The notes beneath the pieces were generated by a model that did not search any database, was not told the DNA's origin, and was given only the letters and a program-made list of their open reading frames with translations. From Deltaproteobacteria bacterium (GTDB lineage: Bacteria; Campylobacterota_A; Desulfurellia; JAGGSF01), in assembly GCA_021159235.1 (NCBI GenBank), contig JAGGSF010000018.1, positions 1 to 36,550 of the forward strand: a DNA stretch of 36,550 nt, written 5' to 3'. The stretch's first letter is position 1. The number at the start of each line of letters is the position of its first letter. Below, one piece after another: positions 27,287-36,437 of the stretch. The position numbers were made by a program, and so were the translations under genes.

Positions 27287-29539
27287 TTAAAATACCATTC
27301 CCATTGTAAAGTGCCATATTGAACCTTTTTCGTCTCCCTTAGGAGACAGGTTTTTACCCCATTCTATTCTCATCGGTCCTAAGGGAGAAATCCATCTCAA
27401 ACCCAATCCTGCTCCCTTTCTCAAGCTAGATAGACTCTCTGTCATCCTCCAGCAATTACCCATATCATAAAAACCCACACCGTAGAGATTCAACTCAATC
27501 AGTAGAGGAAAGATCAACTCAGAGTTAAATACAACCTCCTTTTCTCCACCGATATAATTTCCCTCCTCATCCTTGGGAGAAATCTTCCCCTCACTAAAAC
27601 CTCTCACCGTATCTATACCTCCCAAGAAAAACCTATTTTGAATAGGAACATGCTTACCAGAGATGCCCGTCGCATATCCCACTTCCCCCCTTACATGAGC
27701 TATAAGAGGTGACGAAAATAGCTTATGATAAATGGAATGGAAAGCAACAGTTTTCATATATTTTTCTGTTCCACCTAATCCTGCAACACGTACAGAAACA
27801 TTTGATAAAGCACCAGTGGTGGGAAAAATACTGCTATCTAATGTATCTCTTTCTATAAATGGAGTAATATAGCTTTCGGTATGTCTTCCCTCCTGCTCTT
27901 TAAGATACTTACTGGGGTTCGACTGGGTTATATCTATCTTTTCTCTGGAAAGACCATAAGTGGAACCTATAGTCAATGTATTGTCAAAAAACCTACGAGC
28001 AAGCGTTACCTTACCTCCATAGGCATGTTCATCATAACTCGTATAGTCATACTTTGAATTGTACAGCGTTCCTGAAAGAGAGATGGGCCTATCCAATAAC
28101 CAGGGCTGAGTTACCGTAAGATCAAACAATGAGGTACGGGAACCTACATTCCCGCTGAACGAAGCATGCACCCCCGTCCCCAAGAGATTTCTTTCCATTA
28201 TACTGCCCATTACACTGAATTTATTAAATGTACTATAACCCATTCCAATATTAAAAGATCCGGTGTGTTTCTCCTTTACCGCTACCCGTGCATTAAGTTT
28301 GTCTTCTTCGTCCACCCGTTTTGTGGTGATCGCCACTTCTTTAAAATAATCCGTCTTATACAGCTGTTTTCTACTGTCTCTCAAATACTTGGAGTTGTAA
28401 AGATCCCCTTCCTTCAGCTTCAGCACTCTTCTAATCACATTATCCCTTGTCTTTTTATTGCCCACAATTTCTATTCTGTTTATATAGATTTTATGTTTCT
28501 TATCTATAACCAGGGTAACACCAACCGTTTTATTCTTTTTATCTAAATGAATAACGGGTTTTACATCACAAAATGCATAACCCTTCTGTCCATAAAGGTC
28601 AATTATCTTCATTATATCTTCTCTAAGAGCGACACCATCAAACACTCTTCCTTCCTTAGATTTCATCTGCTTTTTTAAAAACCCAGCACTGTAAGGCTCC
28701 TCATGTTTAAACCCTACATTTTTCAAAGTATATTTCTGTCCCTCCTCCAATGATATATCTATGTTTATGCAGGAATGAGAAATATCAACCGTCACCATAG
28801 GATCCTTTACACTCACCTCTGCATAGCCTCTCCTTAGATAAACATCCCTCACTGCCTCCTTATCCATTGAAACAGCATCTTCGTTAAACCTGCCGGTATA
28901 AAACCAGGGTAAAAAGGTAAGGATATATGGACCATGCTTTCTGTGATTTACCATTGCCTTTTCAATAACGCTTTTCTTCACATGTCTGTTGCCAATTATA
29001 TTTATATTCCTTATTACTACTTTCTTACTCTCACGAATGGTGTATTCAATATCCACTCTGTTTTCCGGGACAGGTTTAACAGAATAAGAAATTTCTGTAA
29101 GGTATCTACCCTTTTTCATGTATAATGCCTTCATCTTTTCTACGCTCTCTGCTATCAAATCTGGAGTGAGTATTCGATAAGGTTTAGTTTCGCAACTTTT
29201 GAGCAACTCTTTATCTTTAATCTTCTTATTTCCAACAAAGGTAACAAATCTTATAGAGGGCTTTTCTTCCAGTATAAAGGTAACACTCTTTCCCCCCTTC
29301 ACATCCTCAACATCTGCTTTTACATTGTTATAAAAACCCAGAGCATATATACGGCGAATATCTCTATCAACCTTATCTATGCTATATTTTCCCCCTGCCT
29401 TTGTTTCTATAACATCCATTACCGTAAGCTTATCCGTTCTTACCAACCCCCTAACATCCACCTTCACCACATCCTGAGCAAACGCAGAAACGGAAAAAAG
29501 TAAAAAAACAAGAATAAAAAACAACAATTTAAGCTTCAT
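27287..29539 (-). CDS. bamA: Outer-membrane protein assembly factor BamA (POTRA repeats plus Omp85 barrel)
   Basis: The ORF track start is 29575. The ATG at 29539 gives a normal signal peptide MKLKLLFFILVFLLFSVSAFAQD. POTRA-like repeats follow, then a C-terminal barrel ending ...IWHFTMGMVF (terminal Phe). Confidence 0.9.
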   Translation of the reverse strand: MKLKLLFFILVFLLFSVSAFAQDVVKVDVRGLVRTDKLTVMDVIETKAGGKYSIDKVDRDIRRIYALGFYNNVKADVEDVKGGKSVTFILEEKPSIRFVTFVGNKKIKDKELLKSCETKPYRILTPDLIAESVEKMKALYMKKGRYLTEISYSVKPVPENRVDIEYTIRESKKVVIRNINIIGNRHVKKSVIEKAMVNHRKHGPYILTFLPWFYTGRFNEDAVSMDKEAVRDVYLRRGYAEVSVKDPMVTVDISHSCINIDISLEEGQKYTLKNVGFKHEEPYSAGFLKKQMKSKEGRVFDGVALREDIMKIIDLYGQKGYAFCDVKPVIHLDKKNKTVGVTLVIDKKHKIYINRIEIVGNKKTRDNVIRRVLKLKEGDLYNSKYLRDSRKQLYKTDYFKEVAITTKRVDEEDKLNARVAVKEKHTGSFNIGMGYSTFNKFSVMGSIMERNLLGTGVHASFSGNVGSRTSLFDLTVTQPWLLDRPISLSGTLYNSKYDYTSYDEHAYGGKVTLARRFFDNTLTIGSTYGLSREKIDITQSNPSKYLKEQEGRHTESYITPFIERDTLDSSIFPTTGALSNVSVRVAGLGGTEKYMKTVAFHSIYHKLFSSPLIAHVRGEVGYATGISGKHVPIQNRFFLGGIDTVRGFSEGKISPKDEEGNYIGGEKEVVFNSELIFPLLIELNLYGVGFYDMGNCWRMTESLSSLRKGAGLGLRWISPLGPMRIEWGKNLSPKGDEKGSIWHFTMGMVF

Positions 29540-30206
29540 ACAACCTGCTCCCATGAAGGAGATATGAGCGATCACACCTACTCAAAAGTGTTCTATCATG
29601 AGAAGCTACAATAAATGTCTGCCCATAAACCCTGTTGATGTCCTTAATCAAATCAAATATCTCTGCAGCTGTTTTTTCATCTAAGCTCGCCGTTGGTTCA
29701 TCTGCTATAACCAATCGAGGTTTGTTTATTAAAGCTCTCGCCAAAACAACCCTCTGTTTTTCGCCCTCCGAAAGCATATAACTTCTTCTATTAAAAAGGC
29801 TTTCTTTTAAACCCACACTCCTTAAAAGCTCCATCGCCCGTTTCTCTTTATTTTTAAACCCTCCAATAAATGCTGGCATCAACACATTTTCTAACACACT
29901 GAACTCAGGAAGTAAAGAAGGAAACTGAAAAACAAAACCTATTTCCCTATTCCTCAGAGATGCAACCTTTTTTTCACCAAGAGAAAAGGGATTCTTAAAT
30001 CCCAAAAATACAAGTTCCCCCTCATCCGGTGCATCCATCAATCCCAGAATATGAAGCAGGGTGCTTTTTCCAGAACCAGAAACGCCCATTATCGCTACTA
30101 TCTCTTTCTCATATACCTCCAGATTTACTCCTTTCAAAACCTCTATCTTCTTCCCTCCATTGAAAAAGGAACGCTTTATGCCCCAGGCTTTAATCAAAGG
30201 ATTCAC
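29529..30206 (-). CDS. lolD: Lipoprotein-releasing system ATP-binding protein
   Basis: The ORF track start 30230 has no SD. The GTG at 30206 overlaps the lolC/E stop (GTGA) and has GAGGT 6 nt upstream. It has Walker A GVSGSGKST, signature LSEGEKQR and Walker B LVIADEPT. Confidence 0.85.
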   Translation of the reverse strand: MNPLIKAWGIKRSFFNGGKKIEVLKGVNLEVYEKEIVAIMGVSGSGKSTLLHILGLMDAPDEGELVFLGFKNPFSLGEKKVASLRNREIGFVFQFPSLLPEFSVLENVLMPAFIGGFKNKEKRAMELLRSVGLKESLFNRRSYMLSEGEKQRVVLARALINKPRLVIADEPTASLDEKTAAEIFDLIKDINRVYGQTFIVASHDRTLLSRCDRSYLLHGSRLYEA

Positions 30207-31345
30207 TTTAGAACCTCTATCACATTGCATTTAGAGGCTTTGTGGGCTGGATAAAGTGAAGCGAAAATAGAAAGAAAAAGAGCAGACAGCGAAACAATGG
30301 CTACATCCATTAAATGAATATCCACAGGAAGGGTGGTAATATAGTATACATCAGAGGGAAGGGTTATAAAATGATATTTTTTCAACATAAAACAGATAAT
30401 AAAACCCAGTATATTCCCCATTGCCACACCACTTAGTCCCAGGATAAAACCCTGAATAACAAATATTCTTTTAATATTCTTAGATGTTGCTCCCATGGAA
30501 ATCAACACTGCAATATCCTTCACCTTGCCCATCACGGACATCGTCAAACTACTCAAAATATTTAAAACAGCCACCAGAACAATTAAAGAGAGAACAATGG
30601 ACATGGTCACCTTTTCCAGTTTTAAGGCGAAAAAAAAATTCCTGTTCATATTCATCCAGCTCCGAGCATAAAGTGGATAGGAAAGTCTCGCAGATAAGTT
30701 TTTCGCCAATCCTTCGGCCTTAAAAGGATCTTCCAGGTAAATGCCCATCCCTGTAATTATCCCCCTCATATCTAAAATTTCCTGCATTCTATTAAGTGGC
30801 ATAAAAATCATGGATGCATCGTAGTCATATAAGCCTGAATTAAAGATACCATCAACTTTACCTTCCCAGGAAACAGGTATAGAAGCTTTGGTTAAAGGAA
30901 AAATTAACCTTATCTTATCTCCAACCCCTATACCCAAAATGTTGGCCAGTTCCTTTCCTACAATTAAGCCTCTTTTTTTAATGGAAAAATATCTGTTCAC
31001 CGGTGCATTCTCAAAATTTATTCCTCTGATCAATGCACCTACACTAACCCTGCCGGATGAAGCGATACACTGAGAAAGTAAAAAGGGTGAAGACCGGTAC
31101 ATCTTTTCTATCTCTCCTACCTCTCTTTCGCTGAAAAAATGATTATAGCTCATCACCACCACATGAGGGTTGACCCCTATTATCTTTTCCGTCAGTGTAG
31201 AGTTGAAACCATTCATCACAGACAAAACTACAATCAATGCGGCTACTCCTACCGCAATTCCTAAAACAGAAAAAAAAGAGGTAAGAGAAATAAAACTCTT
31301 CTTGCCCCCTAAGTATCTCAAAGCAATGAATTTTTCTACCAACAA
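30203..31345 (-). CDS. Lipoprotein-releasing system permease, LolC/E family (single copy)
   Basis: 380-aa ORF with a TTG start. The N-terminus FIALRYLGGKKSFISLTSFFSVLGIAVGVAALIVVLSVMNGF is typical of the family. It has a periplasmic MacB-like domain and a C-terminal FtsX-type helix bundle. Confidence 0.85.
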   Translation of the reverse strand: MLVEKFIALRYLGGKKSFISLTSFFSVLGIAVGVAALIVVLSVMNGFNSTLTEKIIGVNPHVVVMSYNHFFSEREVGEIEKMYRSSPFLLSQCIASSGRVSVGALIRGINFENAPVNRYFSIKKRGLIVGKELANILGIGVGDKIRLIFPLTKASIPVSWEGKVDGIFNSGLYDYDASMIFMPLNRMQEILDMRGIITGMGIYLEDPFKAEGLAKNLSARLSYPLYARSWMNMNRNFFFALKLEKVTMSIVLSLIVLVAVLNILSSLTMSVMGKVKDIAVLISMGATSKNIKRIFVIQGFILGLSGVAMGNILGFIICFMLKKYHFITLPSDVYYITTLPVDIHLMDVAIVSLSALFLSIFASLYPAHKASKCNVIEVLK

Positions 31346-31353
31346 CTCACCCT

Positions 31354-33705
31354 TTATCTCACAAGGACAAGGTCGATTACCTGAGACATGTCTTCTACAT
31401 AGTGAAACTTTACCTTTTCAATAATATCCTTAGAAATCTCTTCCACATCTTTCTTATTTAAAAGGGGTACAACTACTTCTTTGATGCCTGCCCGCAATGC
31501 AGCCAGTGTTTTTTCTTTAATCCCACCCACCGGCAATATCCTTCCCGTTAGAGTAAGTTCTCCAGTCATGGCAACATCATTACGCACTGGTTTATCAGTT
31601 AAAGAGGAGATAATCGCAGAGGCTATTGCTACACCTCCAGACGGTCCATCCTTTGGTGTAGCACCTTCAGGAATATGAATATGCAGGTCTATCTTTTGAT
31701 AAAAATCTTCCTTTAAACCCAGATCCTTATAATGCTCGCGTGCATAAGTTACTGCAGCCTGGGCAGATTCCTTCATCACCTCCCCTAAGGAACCGGTAAG
31801 CATAAGCTTTCCTGAACCTTTCACTTTCACCACTTCGATAAACAGGATACTTCCACCCACCGGTGTCCAGGCCAAACCCGTAGCTACACCTGTGTAACAC
31901 TTGTTTAGTTTTTCCTCTGTAAAATACTTAGGAGCACCTAAATATTTACCTATATTTCTGGTTGTTACACGAAATGTCTTGTCTTCTGTAGCTTTTTCTG
32001 CTATACGACGGGCGATTTTCCTTAAGACAGAAGCTATCGCTTTTTCCATATTTCTCACACCCGCCTCTCTTGTATAGTCCTCAATAATCTTCTTTATGCT
32101 ATTGTCCGTAAAGATAATATTGTACTTCTCCAAACCGTTGTTTTTGATCTCCTTGGGCAAAATATAACGCTGAGCAATTTTTATCTTTTCATCCACTGTA
32201 TAACCTGGAATCTTTATGACTTCCATTCTATCCAGTAGAGGGGAGGGAATGGTATCTGTGGTGTTGGCGGTGGTAATAAAAAACACCTTGGATAAATCAA
32301 AAGGCACGCCCAAGTAATGGTCTTCAAATTCACAATTTTGTTCAGGATCAAGCACCTCCAATAAAGCGGATGCAGGATCTCCTCTGAAATCCACTCCCAG
32401 TTTATCCACCTCATCCAACACAAATACAGGATTATTCGTTCCTGCCTGTTTTAGCCCCTGAATTATCCTCCCTGGCAGCGCTCCTACATATGTTCTCCTA
32501 TGCCCTCTTATCTCTGCTTCATCGCGCACTCCTCCTAAGGATATTCTACACAGCTTCCTGCCCATGGCTCGAGCGATAGACTTAGCCAGAGACGTTTTTC
32601 CAACACCGGGTGGTCCTACAAAACACAAAATAGGACCTTTAATCTCCTTCTTCAATTTCCTCACAGAGAGATACTCCAAAATCCTGTCCTTTGCCTCCCT
32701 TAAGTCGTAGTGGTCCTCATCCAGCACCCTCGCTACTCTCTTTATATTTAAATAATCCTTTGTAGACTTACTCCAGGGCACAGAAACCATCCAATCTAAA
32801 TACGTTCTTACTACTGTGGCTTCTGCACTGTCGGGATGCATCTTTGACAATCTGGATAACTGTTTTTCTGCTTCCTTCCTGGCAAGTTTGGGCATTTTAG
32901 CTTCTGCAATCTTTCCTTTCAATTCCTCTATTTCATCGACGCCTTCTACCTCTTCACCCAACTCCTTTTTAATCGCTTTAAGCTGTTCTCTCAAAAAATA
33001 TTCCCTTTGCGTTTTTGATATCTCTCCTCTTGCCGCATCTTGAATTTTATCCCTCACTTCAAGAAGCTGAATTTCCTTATCTAAAAAGGCGCTCAACTTA
33101 AACAGTCTGTCCCTTAAAGATACAGTTTCCAAAATTTCCTGAGCAACCTTTGTTCTCAGATGAATATTGGAAGCTACAACATCAGCAAACTTACTCGGTT
33201 CGTCGATATTACTTACAACCATAACCAGATCAGTAGAAACATTCTTATCCAGTGAAGCAAGCCTATCCAACTGGGTTCTTATGTTTTTCACCAATGCTTC
33301 GATTTCCAATTCCTCCTCATGACTTTTTACGCCTTCCTCTTTTATCACTTCTATAGCTGCTTCCATAAAAGGTCTTTCCCTTTTATATTCTGTAATTTTC
33401 GCCTTAGACAAACCCTGTACCAGTATCTTCACTCTTCCATCGGGAAGTTTTATCATCCTCAAGATAAGAGAAACTGACCCTACGGTATAGATATTCTCCA
33501 CCCCTGGCTCATTGTCCTCCGGCCTTTTCTGCGCAACAAGCATAAGTAATCTATCCTTAGAAAGAGCTTCATCTATCGCCCGTATAGAGAAGTCTCTGCC
33601 CACATAAAGTGGTACAATCATATGTGGAAATATAACTACATCTCTCAACGGAAGAACTGGAAGCACATCGGGAATCTTAATTTCCTCATCTTTTTTCTGT
33701 TCCAT
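31354..33705 (-). CDS. lon: ATP-dependent Lon protease (LonA)
   Basis: 783-aa ORF with a LON N-domain (LPVLPLRDVVIFPHMIVPLYVGR). It has Walker A GPPGVGKTS and the protease Ser in PKDGPSGG. The Lys motif GGIKEK is present. Confidence 0.95.
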   Translation of the reverse strand: MEQKKDEEIKIPDVLPVLPLRDVVIFPHMIVPLYVGRDFSIRAIDEALSKDRLLMLVAQKRPEDNEPGVENIYTVGSVSLILRMIKLPDGRVKILVQGLSKAKITEYKRERPFMEAAIEVIKEEGVKSHEEELEIEALVKNIRTQLDRLASLDKNVSTDLVMVVSNIDEPSKFADVVASNIHLRTKVAQEILETVSLRDRLFKLSAFLDKEIQLLEVRDKIQDAARGEISKTQREYFLREQLKAIKKELGEEVEGVDEIEELKGKIAEAKMPKLARKEAEKQLSRLSKMHPDSAEATVVRTYLDWMVSVPWSKSTKDYLNIKRVARVLDEDHYDLREAKDRILEYLSVRKLKKEIKGPILCFVGPPGVGKTSLAKSIARAMGRKLCRISLGGVRDEAEIRGHRRTYVGALPGRIIQGLKQAGTNNPVFVLDEVDKLGVDFRGDPASALLEVLDPEQNCEFEDHYLGVPFDLSKVFFITTANTTDTIPSPLLDRMEVIKIPGYTVDEKIKIAQRYILPKEIKNNGLEKYNIIFTDNSIKKIIEDYTREAGVRNMEKAIASVLRKIARRIAEKATEDKTFRVTTRNIGKYLGAPKYFTEEKLNKCYTGVATGLAWTPVGGSILFIEVVKVKGSGKLMLTGSLGEVMKESAQAAVTYAREHYKDLGLKEDFYQKIDLHIHIPEGATPKDGPSGGVAIASAIISSLTDKPVRNDVAMTGELTLTGRILPVGGIKEKTLAALRAGIKEVVVPLLNKKDVEEISKDIIEKVKFHYVEDMSQVIDLVLVR

Positions 33706-33708
33706 AAA

Positions 33709-34071
33709 CTATACCCTCTTCTTACAAATTACAGTCAACACACCATTTTTATATACAGACCTTATCTTATTCCCATCAACTGCTACCGGGAGCAATATTA
33801 ACCGCTTGAATCTCCCGAATGTCCTCTCTACTCTCATATATCTTACATTCTTTCCTGAAACAGTTCTCTTTTTTACACCATAAACAGCAACTCTATCACC
33901 CATATATACCACGTGAGTGTCTCTCAAATCAATTCCCGCTATTTCTATCTCTATATATAATTCATTGCCCTTTTCAAATACATCTGCAGGTGGTTCGTCC
34001 AATTCCCACCATTCCCCATTTAAACTATCCTTTACAATTTCCAATATCTCTCTCTTTAAAATAAGCTTCAT
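33709..34071 (-). CDS. Minimal alpha-crystallin-domain (Hsp20-like) protein lacking the C-terminal I-x-I tail
   Basis: 120-aa ORF with the core ELYIEIEIAGIDLRDTHVVYMGDRVAVYGVKK...YMRVERTFGRFKRLILLP...YKNGVLTVICKKRV. The ATGA overlaps the bamD stop. The ORF ends 3 nt before the lon ATG. Confidence 0.75.
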   Translation of the reverse strand: MKLILKREILEIVKDSLNGEWWELDEPPADVFEKGNELYIEIEIAGIDLRDTHVVYMGDRVAVYGVKKRTVSGKNVRYMRVERTFGRFKRLILLPVAVDGNKIRSVYKNGVLTVICKKRV

Positions 34072-34811
34072 TTCCCTATTTTATCCCTTATTTCTTCAAC
34101 AAATCTACTCTGGGGATACTTTTTCTTCAGTTCATTGAAAAAAAGTTGAGCATCATCTTGCCTGCCCAAGTAATAACAACTCATCGCTAAAAGATACAAC
34201 ATCTCATCCGTAAAGTTCAAATCTGAAAAGTGATGGGACATAAACGTAAGTCTATTCAATGCTGCATTATAATTGTGCAGTCGAAAGTAAAACCTGCTGA
34301 CAAACAACTCATGCCTGTAAATCTCATCCACACATTGCATAATATAGGTATCTGCCTGGTGAGCAAACGCACTCAAAGGATGTTCTTTTTTTAATCTCAC
34401 AAACGCCTTCAACGCCTTTATTACAGGGGTCTGATCCCTATCATAGGAATTTCTACATCGCCAGAAAGAGAGAGCAATCCTGTACTGCGCGTACACTGCA
34501 TCAGGAGAGTTAGGATAATACTTTATAAACCGCCCGTAAGCTTCACGAGCCAGTATATGCTCACCTTTAGCAAAATAGACATCGCCCAACCTTAGATAAG
34601 CCTTCTTAGCATAAACACTGCCTGGATGCTGCTCTCTTACCATGCGCAGATCGTGCTCCGCTTTCTCATAATCATGATTTATATAAGCCTGTATACCACT
34701 ATTGTACCATTCAAAAGCGCTTTTTTCCGGTTCTTCTGGTATTATCTTTTCATTCACCGCACAGGCAACTAAAAAAATGGTGATAAAGAAAAATAGTAAT
34801 TTTTTTAGCAA
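34068..34811 (-). CDS. bamD: Outer-membrane protein assembly factor BamD (YfiO-type TPR lipoprotein)
   Basis: 247-aa ORF. The TTG start is preceded by TTGGAGGT with a 6-nt spacer. The signal peptide has the lipobox FLVAC. TPR-like repeats carry the typical BamD pattern (...A.Y.LG..YF........A...F..FI..YP.S......). Confidence 0.8.
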   Translation of the reverse strand: MLKKLLFFFITIFLVACAVNEKIIPEEPEKSAFEWYNSGIQAYINHDYEKAEHDLRMVREQHPGSVYAKKAYLRLGDVYFAKGEHILAREAYGRFIKYYPNSPDAVYAQYRIALSFWRCRNSYDRDQTPVIKALKAFVRLKKEHPLSAFAHQADTYIMQCVDEIYRHELFVSRFYFRLHNYNAALNRLTFMSHHFSDLNFTDEMLYLLAMSCYYLGRQDDAQLFFNELKKKYPQSRFVEEIRDKIGK

Positions 34812-36077
34812 TTACAACCTCCAATAGACATAACCCGCTTTTTCCACCTCCCTTTTATTAAATATACCCTTTATATCAGCAAACAATGGTCTATCTATCC
34901 GGCAGTGCCGTTTCAGCTTTTCTATGTCAAGACCCATATAAGCTCTATGTTTTACACATACACAAAGCCCATCCAGACTATCAAGATCATCAAAACGGCA
35001 AAGAGAACGATGAAAAGTGTTGTAAATATCCTTTTCACTGGCCAATGGATCATGCAGATAAACCTCCATACCATAAGAAGAAAGTTCTTCCACCAGATTG
35101 TAAACCTTCGTGTTGCGTAAATCTGGCACATCTTCTTTGAAAGTAAGACCAAGAATAGCCAGTCTTGCACCGTTAACAGGAACATTCTGTTCAATGAGTA
35201 CCTTCACTATACTGCTGGCAATAAAATTAGGCATATAATCATTTATTCTCCTTCCTGCTAAAATCACCTCTGGATGATAACCTATCTCTTCTGCCCTATA
35301 GGTGAGATAGTAAGGATCAACCCCTACGCAATGTCCGCCCACTAAACCCGGTGAAAAATTTAAAAAGTTCCATTTTGTCGAAGCCGCTTCTAATACCTCC
35401 TTTGTATCTAACCCCAATCTATGAAATATAATAGAAAGTTCATTCATCAAAGCTATATTCAGATCCCTCTGTGTATTCTCTATAACCTTTGCCGCTTCTG
35501 CCACTTCTATAGAAGATGTTTTACATACGCCTGCCTTTACCACGTTCTTATATAAGGAAGCTACCGCATCCAATGTCTCTTCATCTTCTGCTGATACTAT
35601 CTTCACTATATCCGGAAAACGATGTTTCTTGTCGCCAGGATTTATCCTTTCAGGAGAATAAGCTATCTTAAAGTTTTTACCTTTTGAGGCCTCTTCAATT
35701 ATAGGTTTGCATACAAGATTTGTTGCGCCAGGATAGACAGTAGATTCATAAACCACAATCACTCCTTCTTTCATATTTTCCCCCACAATTCTGCTCGCCC
35801 GCTTTAAAGGTTCAAGGTCAGGAATATTGTGATTATCTATAGGTGTGGGAACGGCAACGATAATAACATCACATCTTCTTAAAAGACCAGCATCAGAGGT
35901 AAAAATCACAGATGTATGTTTCAATTCTTCATTCACCTCTCCTGTCCTATCTATACCTTTCTTTAACTCCTCTATTCTCTTTTCATCTATATCAAACCCC
36001 ACACATTCAAATTTCTTTCCAAATTCTATGGCAACAGGCAATCCTACATACCCCAGACCTACAACCCCTATTACCAC
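34812..36077 (-). CDS. UDP-N-acetyl-hexosamine 6-dehydrogenase (TviB/WbpO/CapL-like nucleotide-sugar dehydrogenase)
   Basis: 421-aa ORF. The GTG start follows the upstream TGA directly, after AAGGAGGTG. It has the Rossmann motif GLGYVGLP, plus YSPERINPGD and the catalytic GGHCVGVDPYYL. Confidence 0.9.
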   Translation of the reverse strand: MVIGVVGLGYVGLPVAIEFGKKFECVGFDIDEKRIEELKKGIDRTGEVNEELKHTSVIFTSDAGLLRRCDVIIVAVPTPIDNHNIPDLEPLKRASRIVGENMKEGVIVVYESTVYPGATNLVCKPIIEEASKGKNFKIAYSPERINPGDKKHRFPDIVKIVSAEDEETLDAVASLYKNVVKAGVCKTSSIEVAEAAKVIENTQRDLNIALMNELSIIFHRLGLDTKEVLEAASTKWNFLNFSPGLVGGHCVGVDPYYLTYRAEEIGYHPEVILAGRRINDYMPNFIASSIVKVLIEQNVPVNGARLAILGLTFKEDVPDLRNTKVYNLVEELSSYGMEVYLHDPLASEKDIYNTFHRSLCRFDDLDSLDGLCVCVKHRAYMGLDIEKLKRHCRIDRPLFADIKGIFNKREVEKAGYVYWRL

Positions 36078-36359
36078 TCACACCTCCTTAAAACAGATAT
36101 CCTCAACAATATTTTCCCCACATAAACGATTGATATTCTCCATTATTCTGTCCTTTATAAAAGAGAGCTCCATGGCCCATACGCTGGAACTCACCTTTAC
36201 CCTTAATACCTTATTTCTTATTCCTACAACCTGAGTATTTTTATATACAATGTCACCTACTATTTCCCTCCAGTTTTCTCTAATGCGCACCTCATCACCC
36301 AACCTTCTACATCGCAAATCCTTTAGAATCTCAGATAAAACTTCGCCTATCTTTCTCAT
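36078..36359 (-). CDS. DUF721 / DciA-like protein (candidate replicative-helicase loader)
   Basis: 93-aa ORF. WREIVGDIVYKNTQVVGIRNKVLRVKVSSSVWAMELSFIKDRIMENIN matches the DUF721 pattern (W..IVG......T.p..i....L.V.v.s..w..EL.f.k..i...iN). The family call is from memory of the motif. Confidence 0.7.
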   Translation of the reverse strand: MRKIGEVLSEILKDLRCRRLGDEVRIRENWREIVGDIVYKNTQVVGIRNKVLRVKVSSSVWAMELSFIKDRIMENINRLCGENIVEDICFKEV

Positions 36360-36364
36360 AGAGA

Positions 36365-36437
36365 TGTACCTGGGGGGATTTGAACCCCCAACCTCAAGAT
36401 CCGGAGTCTTGCGCTCTATCCCTTGAGCTACAGGTAC
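36365..36437 (-). tRNA. tRNA-Arg (anticodon CCG)
   Basis: The minus strand reads GTACCTG TA GCTC AAGGGATA GAGC G CAAGA CTCCGGA TCTTG AGGTT GGGGG TTCAAAT CCCCC CAGGTAC A, a 73-nt cloverleaf. It has a 7-bp acceptor stem, 4-bp D stem and 5-bp anticodon stem. The anticodon loop is CU-CCG-GA, the variable loop is 5 nt, and the 5-bp T stem carries a TTCAAAT loop. The discriminator is A and no CCA is encoded (next bases TCT). Confidence 0.9.

Noticed and set aside
1097-36234. All other 60-150-aa ORFs in the track that lie opposite or out of frame to the called genes (e.g. 1097-1522, 2093-2449, 3805-4179, 5974-6327, 13235-13687, 17149-17526, 23010-23423, 28166-28546, 35845-36234)
   Set aside because: Each is nested in a gene with strong family evidence and has biased low-complexity composition. 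Each lacks an SD, whereas most real genes here have GGAGG-type sites. They are best explained by the scarcity of stop codons on the antisense of A/G-rich coding DNA.
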